This document shows positions 24,257 to 39,900 of a stretch of 64,000 nt of DNA, one piece after another. The DNA lies in the NCBI GenBank assembly GCA_964304625.1, contig OZ199839.1, forward strand, positions 1,552,093-1,616,092. Direction: 5' to 3'. Source of the DNA: Kudoa neothunni (taxonomy: Eukaryota > Animalia > Cnidaria). The notes beneath the pieces are model-generated. The model ran no database searches. It worked only from the letters and a program-made list of their open reading frames with translations, and was not told the origin of the DNA. The stretch's first letter is position 1. Each line of letters begins with the position of its first letter. A program made the translations under genes and the position numbers.

Positions 24257-27200
24257 TTAAGGCCATTTTTCTGGATCCGCAGCATTGCACGTAGGTTGAG
24301 ATCGTAAAAGTTCTTCCAATTGGTTTTTGTTTATGACATAATCATACATTATAAAATCATCCATATACCCAGAAAAATGTCTATCGTCATATTCATAATC
24401 GCCGATAATGGCTCTTTCACCCCAATCGGTTGATAGTTGAATACCCGCTGTTTCGCTTCGAATAGACAATACCTCCGATCCATCAACAAATATCTAAATT
24501 AATTTCTATTTATTTTCCACATTTTATGCTTTACTTTGGCTGTGGATGTGTTCATGTCGTAAGAGACAGCAATATGTGTCCACACATTATCTGAAGTAAG
24601 AATGGCATCAGTAAATGCGCTGAACACGACTCTGGACTCGTTATCTCTGTGGAACCAGCGCACACTACCCTCATCTATTTCAAAGTGGTAGCCACCAACA
24701 AACTCGTTTGTATCGTATGTTCTTTCTGTCGTGAAAATGGAATTCTTACCCGTGTGATTGTACAAATTAATCCAACAAGCAATCGTAATGGCAGTAGAGG
24801 GTTTACTTCGAAAAGTGACTGTTGGAAGCAACACTTTTCCCGTATCTAGTCAATATTTAATGAGAATACATTTTAATTTCAATTTAAACCTCCAAAATCA
24901 ATAAAATGTCCGCAATTATCATATGATAGCACTCTTGCTCCATCCACAAATTTGCCGTGGTTCCCATAACCAGATGCGTCTATAATTATACCTCCGTTCT
25001 CGATAGTTTCGAAATCAAGTTTCAATACTATTGATAAATTTTTTGTAATATCTAATAAAACAAATATAATTCGGATACCAGCACAACTAGGATTCCAACA
25101 GGCGGCAATCTGTGTTTCATAGCCAGGTATTGGACAGTTGGTACCATTACAAATACGGAACCGACTGGTTTTTCCAACTCCACAGCGACTGGTGCAGGAA
25201 GTAAAAGGAGACCATTCATTCATCAGTTGCACAGTTCCAGGGCAGAGGGATTTGATACAGGGAATAGTTTGAGTTTCGGTCCCCGGCGAAGGACAAGCTG
25301 GTACTTCACAATGACGTTGACGCATTTTGACGCCCACACCACAGGATTGACTACAATCGGTGAATGAAGTCCATGGGTTTTGATTAGGATCCATCCAATC
25401 AAAAGCTATATCATCATTGCTATTCGGAAGGAATGATAGTGTTGGATTGTTATTGAATTGGTTAGGATTTCGAATTTGGGCGTAAGAATAGGTTGACGGT
25501 TGATCATTGAACCAAATTGGTTCTTCGCCAAAATAGGACCCTATGATATTTTTTCTAGAGCCATTGCCGTAAACGATATTATCATCAAGTTGGTTGGTGG
25601 GTTCAAAATTCGCATGAGAACTGTTTCTATAGATGTATATAGGTTCTGAAGATTCGGTGTTATTGAAGGGGGGCGCCATTTCTTCAATGTATTTTCTGTC
25701 AGTTATGCCAATCAGAGGTATTGAACTATTGTTGGTGGTACTGTTGTCGTTAGAATCTTTGAAAAAGTTTTCAATTTTATCTTCAATATCAGGTATTGCG
25801 CTGTACACCGTTTCAAGCAGATCTTTTGTCACGCCATGATTCATCAACTCAGGGAACTTTTCAAGAATTGCCCCCCAATCTTTTGAATAGGTAATGTTTT
25901 GCAATTTTTCGTCTACAGAAAATCTATCGATATAAAATTTCAATAATACCATACCTTCAGAGTTTGTAGTGGTTTGATCTTTGAAATCGATAGCAGAGCT
26001 AGGCTTATGCAATTCAGCATTTGGTGGCTGTGGCGACTCTATCACCAACTCATCTAAATGTAAGTTAATCCAATTTATATCCAAAATGAGCAGCATAAAG
26101 TGAATAGAATTAAATACGCGCTTTATTTGGTGCGATTAAAATTATTTTTACATACCTTGATCATGTGTTTGGATAGTAGAGTTATCTGTTTGTGTTGAAT
26201 TATTCTTCAAATCATCCAGTGGCATAACATTTTTACTGGAAATACTCTCATTGTTATTTTTCTGGTCGAATGTGATATTTGCATTGTTAATATGGGAGTG
26301 TTTTCCAGTAAACATATCTACAGTATCATTGTGATTTTGTTTCGATGTTATTTGCTCATCTTGTTCTATTGGCACATCAAGTTTGATTTTTCCAACAAAA
26401 TTACTTTTATTGGAGCAACCAAATAATTCGATCCTTAGACAAATGTGTTGACCATTCCACGACCTGGGGTTAACTCTTACGTATTTGGCTTCAAAAGATT
26501 TGTGTAAGTAGTTTTTTACGATGGACGAAGAATCGTTATTAGCCGAAAATATCTATCCACAATCAACAAAAACACTAATAATTCACTCTATTACTTTTTC
26601 CAGTCCATTTTCAGTGTACCAATGTACTGGCCCATAATCATCTCCGTAGCCTATTCGATATGTGGATACCCAATTTTGTTTTGAAATGAATCCTTGTGTG
26701 GCCACAGCAGTGACTTTTTTGACCTAGACAAAAAGAGATCATCTGATCGTTTGATACTGCTGAAATATTATTACTTCGCCCAAATCAACTTCCAAGTATT
26801 GTCGAATGGTAATATCCTTTGAGCACCAACAACCCTGGATAGTGGAGTTTTTGCCAGGGTCTGATGTACCATCGCTCACCGAATCGTGCAACAATCTACC
26901 ATATCTTGCTTGGTAGATCTCGCCCAGCTCACTTGATGCACTCATGTGATTATCGTCTATTTCCCCATTTGATACACCCAATGGTGTATTACAATCATCT
27001 AATTTCAAGTTTAATAATTTGTTTTAGAGCTTTTATACCTACCATCAGTACCGGGAATACGATCACGAGCATTTGATTCGGTCTCTTCCATGAGGGAAGG
27101 GATGCTGTTGAAGGTGTCAAAAGGGTCTGGATAGAGGTCCATTTTGCACCCATAAAGTTCCAATCGTAAACACAAATGATTTCCAAACCAAGAGATAGGT

Positions 27201-30200
27201 TTTAGTTGCACCACTTTGGCCGTTATTGGTCTTTTGAAAGAATGATGTCGTATACCTGATTTGTCGACGTTAGCTGGCCAAACCTATTTCGTTTATATAA
27301 ATGAGATTATTGATCTCAACCGGCGAATATTATTAAAAATTCAATTATATTTCTCTTCAAATTTTTAATTTAAAAATAATATTAATATTCTTAATTGTAA
27401 AATATTATTTATATTTATAAGTAGTGATGAAAGGAACTGTTACGTTGAGGGCCAATTTAAGCGAGTCAAGCTAACCATTTCCCATTCTTGTTCTCGTTAA
27501 ACATGAAAAATGAAGCACGTGAAAATGAACGGTTTTATAATAACAATATTAAATTTAACAATAAAAAAATATTACGTATGAAACATAAATTAGCCTGAAA
27601 AAAAAATTTGCTAAGGAAGATTAAGAGACAAAACAATATAGAAAATTTCTGATTTTATATTTGAACTAAAATATTAGTTTCCTAAATCTGATTTTACAGT
27701 ATATGTAATTCATTTTTGAACCACGCACCATCAACACTAACATATTAAAATTATAGTCAGAATTATGTTAATAAAATATAATTTTCTACAAACAAATTAT
27801 TAATGTATGCTTTATATATAAAATATCCTTTATCTAAATATATAACTAAGTAAGCATGCATGTTAGTTTTTGTATGTAGTAATTATTGTAATTGTTTGAA
27901 ATGTTAACAACGATGAAAAAATAATAATATTATCTATAAAATCTAATTATATATTATGTTTCTTTAAAATGTGATTATTATATCAGGGTAAAAGATCGAT
28001 ATTTGATTAGATTATTAAAGTCGGGATTACGCCAGTTAACCCAATTAAATTTAGTCAGTTAACTTAAACCGTGTAAACTTATATACAAAGATGTCGTTTG
28101 ATTTAATTAGACTAAAACAATGACAAGTTAATTTTAATTTTTTACTTAGTATTTTAACATATTATAGCTTAAGACATTTATTTTAATTAAAAAAATTACA
28201 AATTTTATCACTCGTTACGAGAAAGAGGCGTGAATTTGCTCTAGTTTATTTATAAAAGTTTTTATATTATTAAATAAATGCAAACAAAAATATGTGACCA
28301 TAATAAAGAAAATACGAATATTTCTTTGCATAAAAAATCATGAAACTTTTCCCAACACAATAATTATTTTTAAGAAAGTAACATATTAAACAGATTATTT
28401 ATTTAATTTTTAAACATTTAAAATTACTTTACAGAAAAAGTTAAAAAATACGACAAAAATTGTTAAAAATTTCAAGGTATAAGTAATTTTATATATTTAA
28501 GCTGTATTAAACCTACGAAACATTGATTAGATGGTTACCTTAGGTGTTCCCTTTTCCTTCAAACATAACAAAGTTTCATTGGGGCTATTTCCATAACACA
28601 AAATGTATCCTGTGATCCAATTATCAAACAAACCCAAACCTTGGGTCGCAATAGCTGTGATCGTGGTGAGCTCAGGTAATACAATTTGAATGTAGGGATT
28701 GTTGTCGCGCGTATCCGCACACCATGCGGTTCTAGCTGGATCGTTCATCTCTTCGATCAGATTTAATCTTCCATATTCCGGTTTGTGAAGATTGTAATGT
28801 GTGCTTGCGGTTATAGCCGAATCTGGAATAAGTTTACTTTCCATTCCAATGGGTAATTGACAATCTATTTTTTGTAGAAATGGCTTTATTAAACGAAACT
28901 TCATTTATAAAAGTTACCCGATTCAAAATCACATCTTCTCATTACTGCCTCAATCTTTGTTGGCGCTAGTGCCTTTTTGAAAATAATAAAATCATCTAAT
29001 TCTCCGTTGAGCAATTTTATATCGTGATTTGAGCCGATAATGAGCCCTCCAGACCAGTCCTTAAAATAAATATTATAGTTAGAGTGTGTGGTTGATTTTA
29101 GACTGTAGCCAATAAAATACTTGACTTAATTCTTCTTCTATTCCAACACTTGACGCAGAAAGCTTACCGTTCACAAAAAGATGCCCTTCTTTTTTGTTGA
29201 CGTCGTAAGTCGCAGCAATGTGCGTCCACGTGTGTGAAGGTATTTTCAACCCCGTACTTGTGTTGAAAACATAACTACCTTGGTTATTTTTATGAGACCA
29301 TTTCAGTTGACCCCTTTCAACTTCGAGAGTGTAGCCTACTCCCTTGTTGTGGCCATTTTTAAGGGCACCAACTGTGGTGAAAATCGTGTGCTGTCCGCCA
29401 TTGTTAAATAATTTTATCCATGCCGCCACAGTTATTCCAGTGGTAGGTTTGTCCATGAAAAACTCTCCATCAACAAAAAGCGATCCTCCATTGAGTCTTA
29501 TTGACTTTCCGCATGAGACACTGGTAGTTATCTAATTTATTTCAACCAAAAATAATTAAATGCACACTGATTACAATATCGACAGGATTGTGAATAGAGG
29601 CATCATTAGAGTGACCACTAGTATCCAATACAGTGTTATCGCTGACACTGTCAAAATCTAGAATAAGGATTGCGTTTTCAGCGGTCATTAATGTATCGTT
29701 TGTTATTTTTCTGTTAATCTTTTCTTTTGTAGAATTTTTTATTGTATTACTTTCAGTTGTACCATTGTTGTTACTGTTATTTTCAGTTGATTCTGTTGAA
29801 AACGGAGATGAGATATTTTGTGATTTTTCAATTGGCTTCGAAATTTCCTTGGATATTTTTTCGTCGTTAAATAGGTGGTCTGGATGATTGTAAATAAAAT
29901 CGTCACCATTGCATCCGTAAAACTCAATTCGAGCACATCCCTTGGCATGATAAGACACCGGGTATAGACGAATGGTACTGGTGTAAATGTACGAATCTAA
30001 CCAATTGGTGGCCGTTGTATTTTGGTCCTCATTCGCTGAGAAATTCTAAACAAATAATACTTATAGTCAACAAATATCATCTAGTTACTTTGCTATTTAA
30101 ATTTTCCTGATAAAAAACAAAACTTTTATTTTCGTGATCAAGTAGGTTGGTGGGAAACAAGGTGGCATTCAAAAAGGATAGATAAGACAATTGATAGCCA

Positions 30201-31313
30201 GTAGTCCATTCGTCAACGAGAGCCAAGCCTTGCGTAGCTATACCTATATCGACAATTAAAATATAAGAATTTCGCCCTTATCGTAATGAAAAGAGCAGTA
30301 TCGATAGGTGTTTTTACAATATCAGCTATATAGAGCTTAGAAATATTTTTATTTTGAGTTGTAAATAGGAAAATCATAAAGAAAAATTTCGAATACCCGT
30401 AATAACCGACGGTGACTCAAGATCGATTTGGAGATATTGATCGTTAGAATTTTTGAATGGACACCAGCCACCATAGCTTTCATTCGCCACACGGTTGAGT
30501 CTAGCATGGAAAGGTAAATAATAATCATTCAATGACGTGGTTGCAGAGATTTGACTATCTTTAATGAGTCCACTGTACATTCCGAGAGGTTTTGAACAAT
30601 CCAAAGGTTGTAGAGTCGCCTTAGCTATTTCGGTCCTTCTTTTGTTGGAAATAGTAGAATTAGTTTTTGGGACAGTTTTATTATTATTGTTGTTGTTTGG
30701 TCTAGTGTATTTTGATACAAGGATACTCACAGCAGGACCTTCAATCCAATCTTCGTAAGGAAATTCTAAATGCTGTCCATCTTCAGTAGTGATATCGATC
30801 TAATAGAAAATCGAAATTCTACGACATATAATTTCCCGAATGGTTACCTTTTCAAGATACCAACTGGCACCGAAATTGGCATTATCATGTCGAACCAACA
30901 ACTTTTGTATAGGCCCAATACCATTGATATCCACAATAAAAGTATCGACTCTACATAAATTTGATGAATGAATTTTGAATGAATGTGTTAGATTAAAAGA
31001 AATCACTCATTTCTCTCAAAAATATCATTGTCTCCACCGCTTAATTCAATCTCCCCGGACGATCCTTTACTACCGATCAGATTGATAAAAACGTGAGCGT
31101 CAGTTCCAGCTCCAATTTTGTCACCAGTATAAACAGTGATCATATATTTATGTTTTTCTTCTATAATAAAAAATATGATTTATTTTTGATGATTTTTGAG
31201 TGTCATCATCAAAATTAAAATAATATAAAATTACCTTGAGATTGTTTCAGTTTTATGTTCACAAATATGATTGTACAAATGATACAGAAGAATTTCCAAT
31301 ATTTAATAAACAT
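24257..31313 (-). CDS. Secreted mosaic protein: SP-PLAT-FA58C-LamG-FA58C-FA58C-linker-TSP1-TSP1-LamG
   Basis: Signal peptide MFIKYWKFFCIICTIIFV; PLAT (YMITVYTGDKIGAGTDAHVFINLIG, RHDNANFGASWYLEKV); three discoidin domains (CSKPLGM, CQLPIGM, CNTPLGV, each with WC, ATQG and R.E..GC); two LamG/pentraxin-like domains (ITVAAWI..WTHIAATYD; ITIACWI..WTHIAVSYD); two TSP1 (WTSFTDCSQSCGVGVKMRQRHC; WSPFTSCTSRCGVGKTSRFRIC). Includes a 1255-bp intron 27284-28538. Confidence 0.85.
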
Positions 31314-34300
31314 GCTTTCACTATTCACAAGAACCAAAATAATAGACCTTCAAATAATGTAAACGATTTAATGTCTTGCTATCGGTCTCAAGAAAGGTGT
31401 GATTAAATAATGAACTTGCAGAAAAAATTCCCATTGTTACCTGCGTCTTTTATTCAATAAACTCTAAGGTGGCAAACCAATTGCCGTAAACAACACTACA
31501 AACAATAACAAGCAGTCGCTTTGGTATAGAGGAAACGCCTAACAAAATTTAAAACCTAATCAAAAATTTTCTAATCTAATAAAAAGCACGTATTTTTAGT
31601 AATAAGATCAATTTGATCCTTGGGCACCATGTACGTAATGATCATAGCCACTATACTTAATTACTTTAAGTTTTTACATACATCATTCAGTTATAATAAG
31701 ACATGAAACATCCCCTTTCAAACCATTACTACTAAAAGTATTTCATAAAACCTAATCATAAGATTTTTACTCCTTGGAAGTCAACATTTTTATTTTTATT
31801 ATTAAATTGGATAAGACCAAAACAAACATTTTTATTTTTTAATATTTCATTATAAATTCTTTTTAAAAAAATCTCCTTAATTAAATTGTATGTTACTGTT
31901 AAAATTAAAAAAATACTAATGATCACCAATCCAATTACGTCTACTTCAAGTCGACATTTATTATCGTAGATGGATTTCTTAATCCATCGTATTAACTGTT
32001 CCATGTTATAGATTTTTGGAACATTGATATTTTTAATGTGATGAAAATCGAGAAAATTATTTTAACCCAATTTTTAGCAATCAAAATTATATTAGCTATT
32101 AATTCATGTGCGCAATAATAAATTTGTTTTTATTATTTTTTTATATTCCTACAATGAATCACACCGAAAAATCGCTACTATCTCATAAATCCAGTGTGCT
32201 ATGATTCTACATATTAGTGAAGAAGACCACCTTTGAGATTTCAACAAATTTCGGATATCCCTAGCGGCCCGAGTGTTAAGATTTTTAATGAAGTGTCATA
32301 GTAAATCTGTATCTTGTATATGTGGTTCTCTCTGATTAATTTCGGTTCGGCACCCTATCAGTAAAACTCACAATAAATATTATAATCCTATAACATGATT
32401 ATTCTTTATTTTAATGTAGCTGAGAATTATATACAAGTTTAAATTTAGGTGGATTAAGTTTAGCGTTTAATTAATAAAAAAATAATCACTTACAAAGAAA
32501 AAATGTTTTCTGATAATATTCTATTGTATCAATTACTATTAGCTAAATTTAGTTTATTAGGTGATAAAATTTTCGATTTTATACGAAAAAAATTCATATC
32601 AGAGATTATAACCAGGACTCGCCGTTTTCGACGTTTGTTTTGATTGGTTTAACGATGAGCAGGCGCGTCTATTGAGCTCTTCAAATTCAAAAAAATTTAA
32701 AAAAATCCCACCAATAACTTTTCTTAGAAAATAACCATAGTAGAAACCAAACCTTACTCAATTTTGTCATTTTTTCTATCTCCGATAAAAAACTAACGGC
32801 GAAATGTTTTGAAATGCCGTTTTTAACTAAATATGTTTATTTGACTTTATTGGTTCCCAAAATCTGTTTTGCTATAGAGATAATTTCATTTTCCACCTTC
32901 TCTAAGTCGATCCATTCAACAAGCAAATTATCAATTTCTCTCAGTTCCCTGGCCATTTCAAATTTTACCGCTGATTTTTGATGTTTTCATAAAATAAACA
33001 CCGAAAGTTTTTAAAAAATTCGACGACACTTAATTATAACTGTTATTTTACCGCGATTAATAACTTCCCCAATTTTTCTGTATACCAACCTTCTAATGAT
33101 GCGAAAAATGTACATCTTCCAACGATTTTTGGGGTGCAGTACATCCCACTCTTTTTTACCATATTCATTTACAAAATAATTATAGATAAATTGGTAAAAT
33201 TACAATGATTTCCATCGGTTATTTTTGTAACAAAACAGCAATAGTTATACAAAATAATCTCGTTTAATCTAATAGATGAGATATTGATAACCTCGGACTC
33301 TTTCGCACATAAAAAATAAAATCAAATGATACAATAAATATTGTTTTCTCAATAAGATCAACTTTTATAATTACAATGGCTTCTCTAGCAGTTACAGAAT
33401 TAATTGACGAATGTTTCTTATTATATGTTTATCCCAATAAATTGGAATATTTTATTATTTCACGACAAATATTTTTACCGAAGAAAATGAAAAAATAATC
33501 AGAAATAAATTTAACCCTTTGATAACAGTAAGTCGCTTGTACCGGGCGACCATTCATAATATTTTCATTCGAAGTTATTGTGTAGAGGGCTTATTTGGAT
33601 TCCACACAATGCGATTCTTATTATTCAAGGATCCGTCAATGATATGGGATCAGTAAAATTCATCTTATTTTTCAGAAAATTATAAAATAACCATCTAATT
33701 CCTTGCTGGATGATTGGTTTCCACTATTGTAGGCTTTCAGTGCTGTTCGTCATTGTTAATGGGGAGCATACGCGAACTAAATTTGCGAACTTCGGACATC
33801 AAATTAAGAAAAATCCAAACGATACAATTCCTCTAAACTTTTTAAACCAGAACACATGTAATAAGGCTTTTAATAAATGAAAGAAAAACCCTGGGATGTA
33901 TTACACCCCAAAAATCTTTGGAAGGTTATATTTTTTTAGTGTACTTATAAATATATTTTTTCCAAAAATTAAAAAAATTAATTTTCACATTATTTTACAA
34001 TAGTAGCTCGCGTTTGCGCGTGTGCAAATAACAAGAAAAAAGTTAATATTAGTTCAAATATTGTTTTGGGTTTAATTACCCCAAAACCGTTAGGGTTGGA
34101 GGGGTAAGGAAAATAATTTTAAGTGACTATTTTAATTAACAACATTATTCTGTTATACTCATTATTAATTACAGTAAACCACAAGTTATTTGAAGTAACA
34201 TTTTACTGAAATCGTAATTCGAAATGCTAATTAATTTCAATGTTGCGTGATAGCTGACGGTTGGTGGCGGATTAGAGAAATTAAACACAATATTTTAATC

Positions 34301-35706
34301 CTTCCTTGCTACATAAAATTCCCCAAATTAAATATCTTTATTATCGTTACATCTAATTGAACTATTATAATAATTAATTTGTCAATCCTCCCTTATCCAA
34401 CTCACAGGTTTGATGTTAAACAATTATTTTTTTTATTTTTTAATTAAGTTTTAAGTAAAATAAAGCCTATATTTGTGCAATAGTCGTTTTCTACGATAGT
34501 GAATTCATGAAATAAAATAATTTACCACAATAGTTCATTTACAAATTCGTTTATGAAAATAAACATAAGCTGTACAAATATAACGTTTTAAAAGCATAAT
34601 CTTTAAATTTGTAACGAATTAATTCTTTTAAATAATTTTAATTGTTTTCCAGATTTTTTATAAATTGATTAAAAAATATTTTAATGTAAATTAATTATAA
34701 ATAACTCTTAAATAAAAAATAATAGGTTAAATAATTTTTTAGTTATATCATTTAAATTGGAATAAAAATTTATAAACTAAATAAAATTTTTCTCTTTACA
34801 AAAATAAAGTTGTATTTGTAGAATTAAAATTTTATTATAGGATAATGTGACACATTGAAAACTCGAAAATGCATGCTCGGTTATTCCATGTTAATACGAA
34901 AAAAAGAAATTACTATGGTACATAAATTTTTAAAATGATATTAATTTTCGAAATTTCATACTTTTTTGAAAAAATATTTACATAAAATTTGTTATTTTAA
35001 CATATCTTATAAAAGCAATTATTTTTTACCAATTTCATATTTTATTGTACAAGTTTAAATACCGATAAAATGCTATTATTAATTTCCATAAAAAATTGCT
35101 GATTTATTTAATCATTTCTACACATCTTTCAGAATTATAATAGGATGGCACATGTTTCCGTATATCCTCGTCGAATCATGTAACGATTAGTACCCACTAT
35201 AAACTTCTCCAATTACTAATTCTACAACCCTATATATATATATATATTATTTAAAATAATATTGATTAATAATATTAATTACGTTGTAACAGTTGACTTC
35301 TAAAGTTGTTTCAATTTTCCGCGATAAGTCGTGAAACTATTCCATCGCGGATACAGAGGGTTACTCTATATTTAATTAATTCTAGTTCAAAAAATCGTAG
35401 CAACGGATCAGAACTAATTTAATATAATAAAAGTAAATCAAACTAAATATTATTGTTCGTTAGAATAACCATTTAACCTATCAAAATAGAACGCTCATTA
35501 GTGTTTTAGTTCGAAATCGTTTACAGCATAAAAAATCTTAACATACAAAATCTGCCACGAGACCAGGACTAATTTTGTTTTGCATCAAATATTAAATTGC
35601 TGATAATAACCAATTATTTCACAGTTAAATTTTAAACACGAAACGCCAAGAAAATTTTGATATTAGGAAAAGAATGTCCGATAAAATCCATTGGAGTGGG
35701 TTTTAC

Positions 35707-36192
35707 ATTTTTTTGTTTACAAGGTCAAATCCCTATCGCAAACTTGTTAGGTTGTGAAGTTGGGGCTGGTCAGACCTTCTCCATTTACGCTTTAGACATC
35801 GCTGCGTCATATTAATGCGACTTACGTTTATGAGGTAGTGTGGGATTTTAACCCACTAAACATACTCATTTCGAGGCAACCACACCCAGGACTAACCCAG
35901 AATTAGTCTGCGAAAATCGTCTGAATGCGGAAGTCGGCTCTGCGGAAACCTCCTACCTTACTAGGTTGTATTCTGCTCCTATACCCGGCGTTTATGAGCG
36001 CCCAAATTCTACCCTTCGGCCAGGCTCCCCTTCCATCTGCAAGCAAGGTCACGATAAATCGTAGATCCTTGCGATTACTACAGCCTTCCTACTTCATTTC
36101 GTATTAGGAGTACAGGAACGCCCGGACTAGATTTCGAATCAGCAACCTCATGGTACGCGATCTCGACCCAACATCATTATGCCACATTTTCC
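35707..36192 (-). mobile_element. tRNA-derived SINE-like element
   Basis: Minus strand starts GGAAAATGTGGCATAATGATG (A-box-like) with a B-box-like GATTCGAAATC ~40 nt downstream, then a ~400-nt GC-rich body and an A-rich tail (AAACAAAAAAA). The head does not fold as a complete tRNA. Confidence 0.55.
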
Positions 36193-36613
36193 AGGTTAAA
36201 GGGTTTTACACATTTCGAAATATTCACAAGGGGATTATGGAAATTCGGTTACTCATAAAATAAATACAGCATATACCGACCATAATAATGAAATTAAATT
36301 AAATTGAATCAATATTATATAATTCTTAATGCTTTCATTTTACATATATGCTATTCTCGAATAATCCCACGGAAATGCCATGCAAAAATTCCACTAAAAT
36401 GCTTTGCGATAAACGCGCGCACAATGTTTACTCGGCATATATAAATATAGCTAAATTTTATTTTAACCCTAACTAACACATGAATTCTCTGATATATATT
36501 ATTTTTAATTTATTCAATCGGCGTTTCGAATAGAATGAACTATTCCATGCCTAATGAAAACAAGCTTCCAAACAATTTTGGACTACCTCGCATGCGTGGC
36601 TTATTATTTAAAT

Positions 36614-38784
<2,171 letters not shown>

Positions 38785-39199
38785 CCTTGTTCAATTAATC
38801 AATTCGTTATTCAATCAATTTACTAATTCACTTTTAAATAAGTCATATTTTATTGTTGATTATTTTTAAGGTGTTGAATTCTATAAATTTTGTTCCATCA
38901 TAATTTTATATGCCCCAGCTAGATTGGTTTAATACCCTATTTTATTCAATAATGAGCCATTATCTTTCTAATTATTTTCGGATGTAAAATATCTCGTGAG
39001 CGTTTTTATTCTGCCTTTTAATACACTCAAAATTCTAATTATATTGTTTAATTTGTTAGAATTTTAATTGGTGTTGTTTTGAGTTAACTAAAAATTTTTT
39101 TAGAAAAAATTAAAGTGAATCATTTCTTGTTCCATTTAATTAAGCAACAGTGGAAATATTCTCTGTCATCCAAGCATCATATTTCCCTCTTGATCCAAA

Positions 39200-39900
39200 C
39201 ACAACTTTTTAATTGATCTATGAGAGTGAGTTAATCTTCTTTCCTAACAAAGAGCGAGTAAATGAAATAATTATCCGTTTTTTTATTGTTTACGTGCATT
39301 CTTATTTATGACATTAGCAAATATATATCCTCTCTTTAAGCAAGATATAAAGCATCCAGAAAACGTTATTATTTTTTTTGTTGGCAACGCAACTCAGTTT
39401 TATCCCTTTGGAAAATATCTTTATGGGCACAACTTTTACGTATTTCAGTTAAGTTAGTTTTACACTCTTCGATATCAATATTTTTTACAGCTTTAGGTTC
39501 ATTACAAATGTATTAAATGAAAATTTTAAGCTTTTTATAAAGTCATAAAATGAATCAGTAGATATTGAGGTTGCTTTTGAGTCAACTTCCATCATCAGGG
39601 AATTCATTAGCTTTGTTGATAAGAACCTCATGGAAAAATTCTACATTCTGTGCTCTCATCAGTTCAGTACACTTCTTCACTTGTTGATCAATATCCGCGT
39701 TTTATCCCTTTTGAGATTTTTGCATAATTTTTTAAATCGAACTATCATTTTAATTTTTAATGAACTGATCCTTATTTTTTAGGGTAGTTTTCAAGATAGA
39801 TCTTGTTTAACATCAAAGATATTGATCTTTTCCTATTTAATGTTTGGTTTATTCGATACTTTTGAATAATATTGAATAATTTCAATATTTTAGATAGAGT
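39200..39900 (-). pseudogene. Heavily decayed pogo/Tigger transposase remnant
   Basis: Minus-strand fragments HEVLINKANEF, ICNEPKAV, KDIFQRDKTEL (cf. DIFNADETGL) and KKRIIISFTRSLLGKK (cf. KERITV..GEK) in the expected order. Boundaries are approximate. Confidence 0.45.

Noticed and set aside
32255-32360. tRNA-like A-box GCGGCCCGAGTGTTAAG; also a B-box GTTCGAGTCC at ~44765
   Set aside because: No cloverleaf and no properly spaced partner box; at most decayed SINE heads.
36461-36476. TAACCCTAAC telomere-like / telomerase-template-like motif
   Set aside because: A single short match in AT-rich DNA with no array or surrounding structure.
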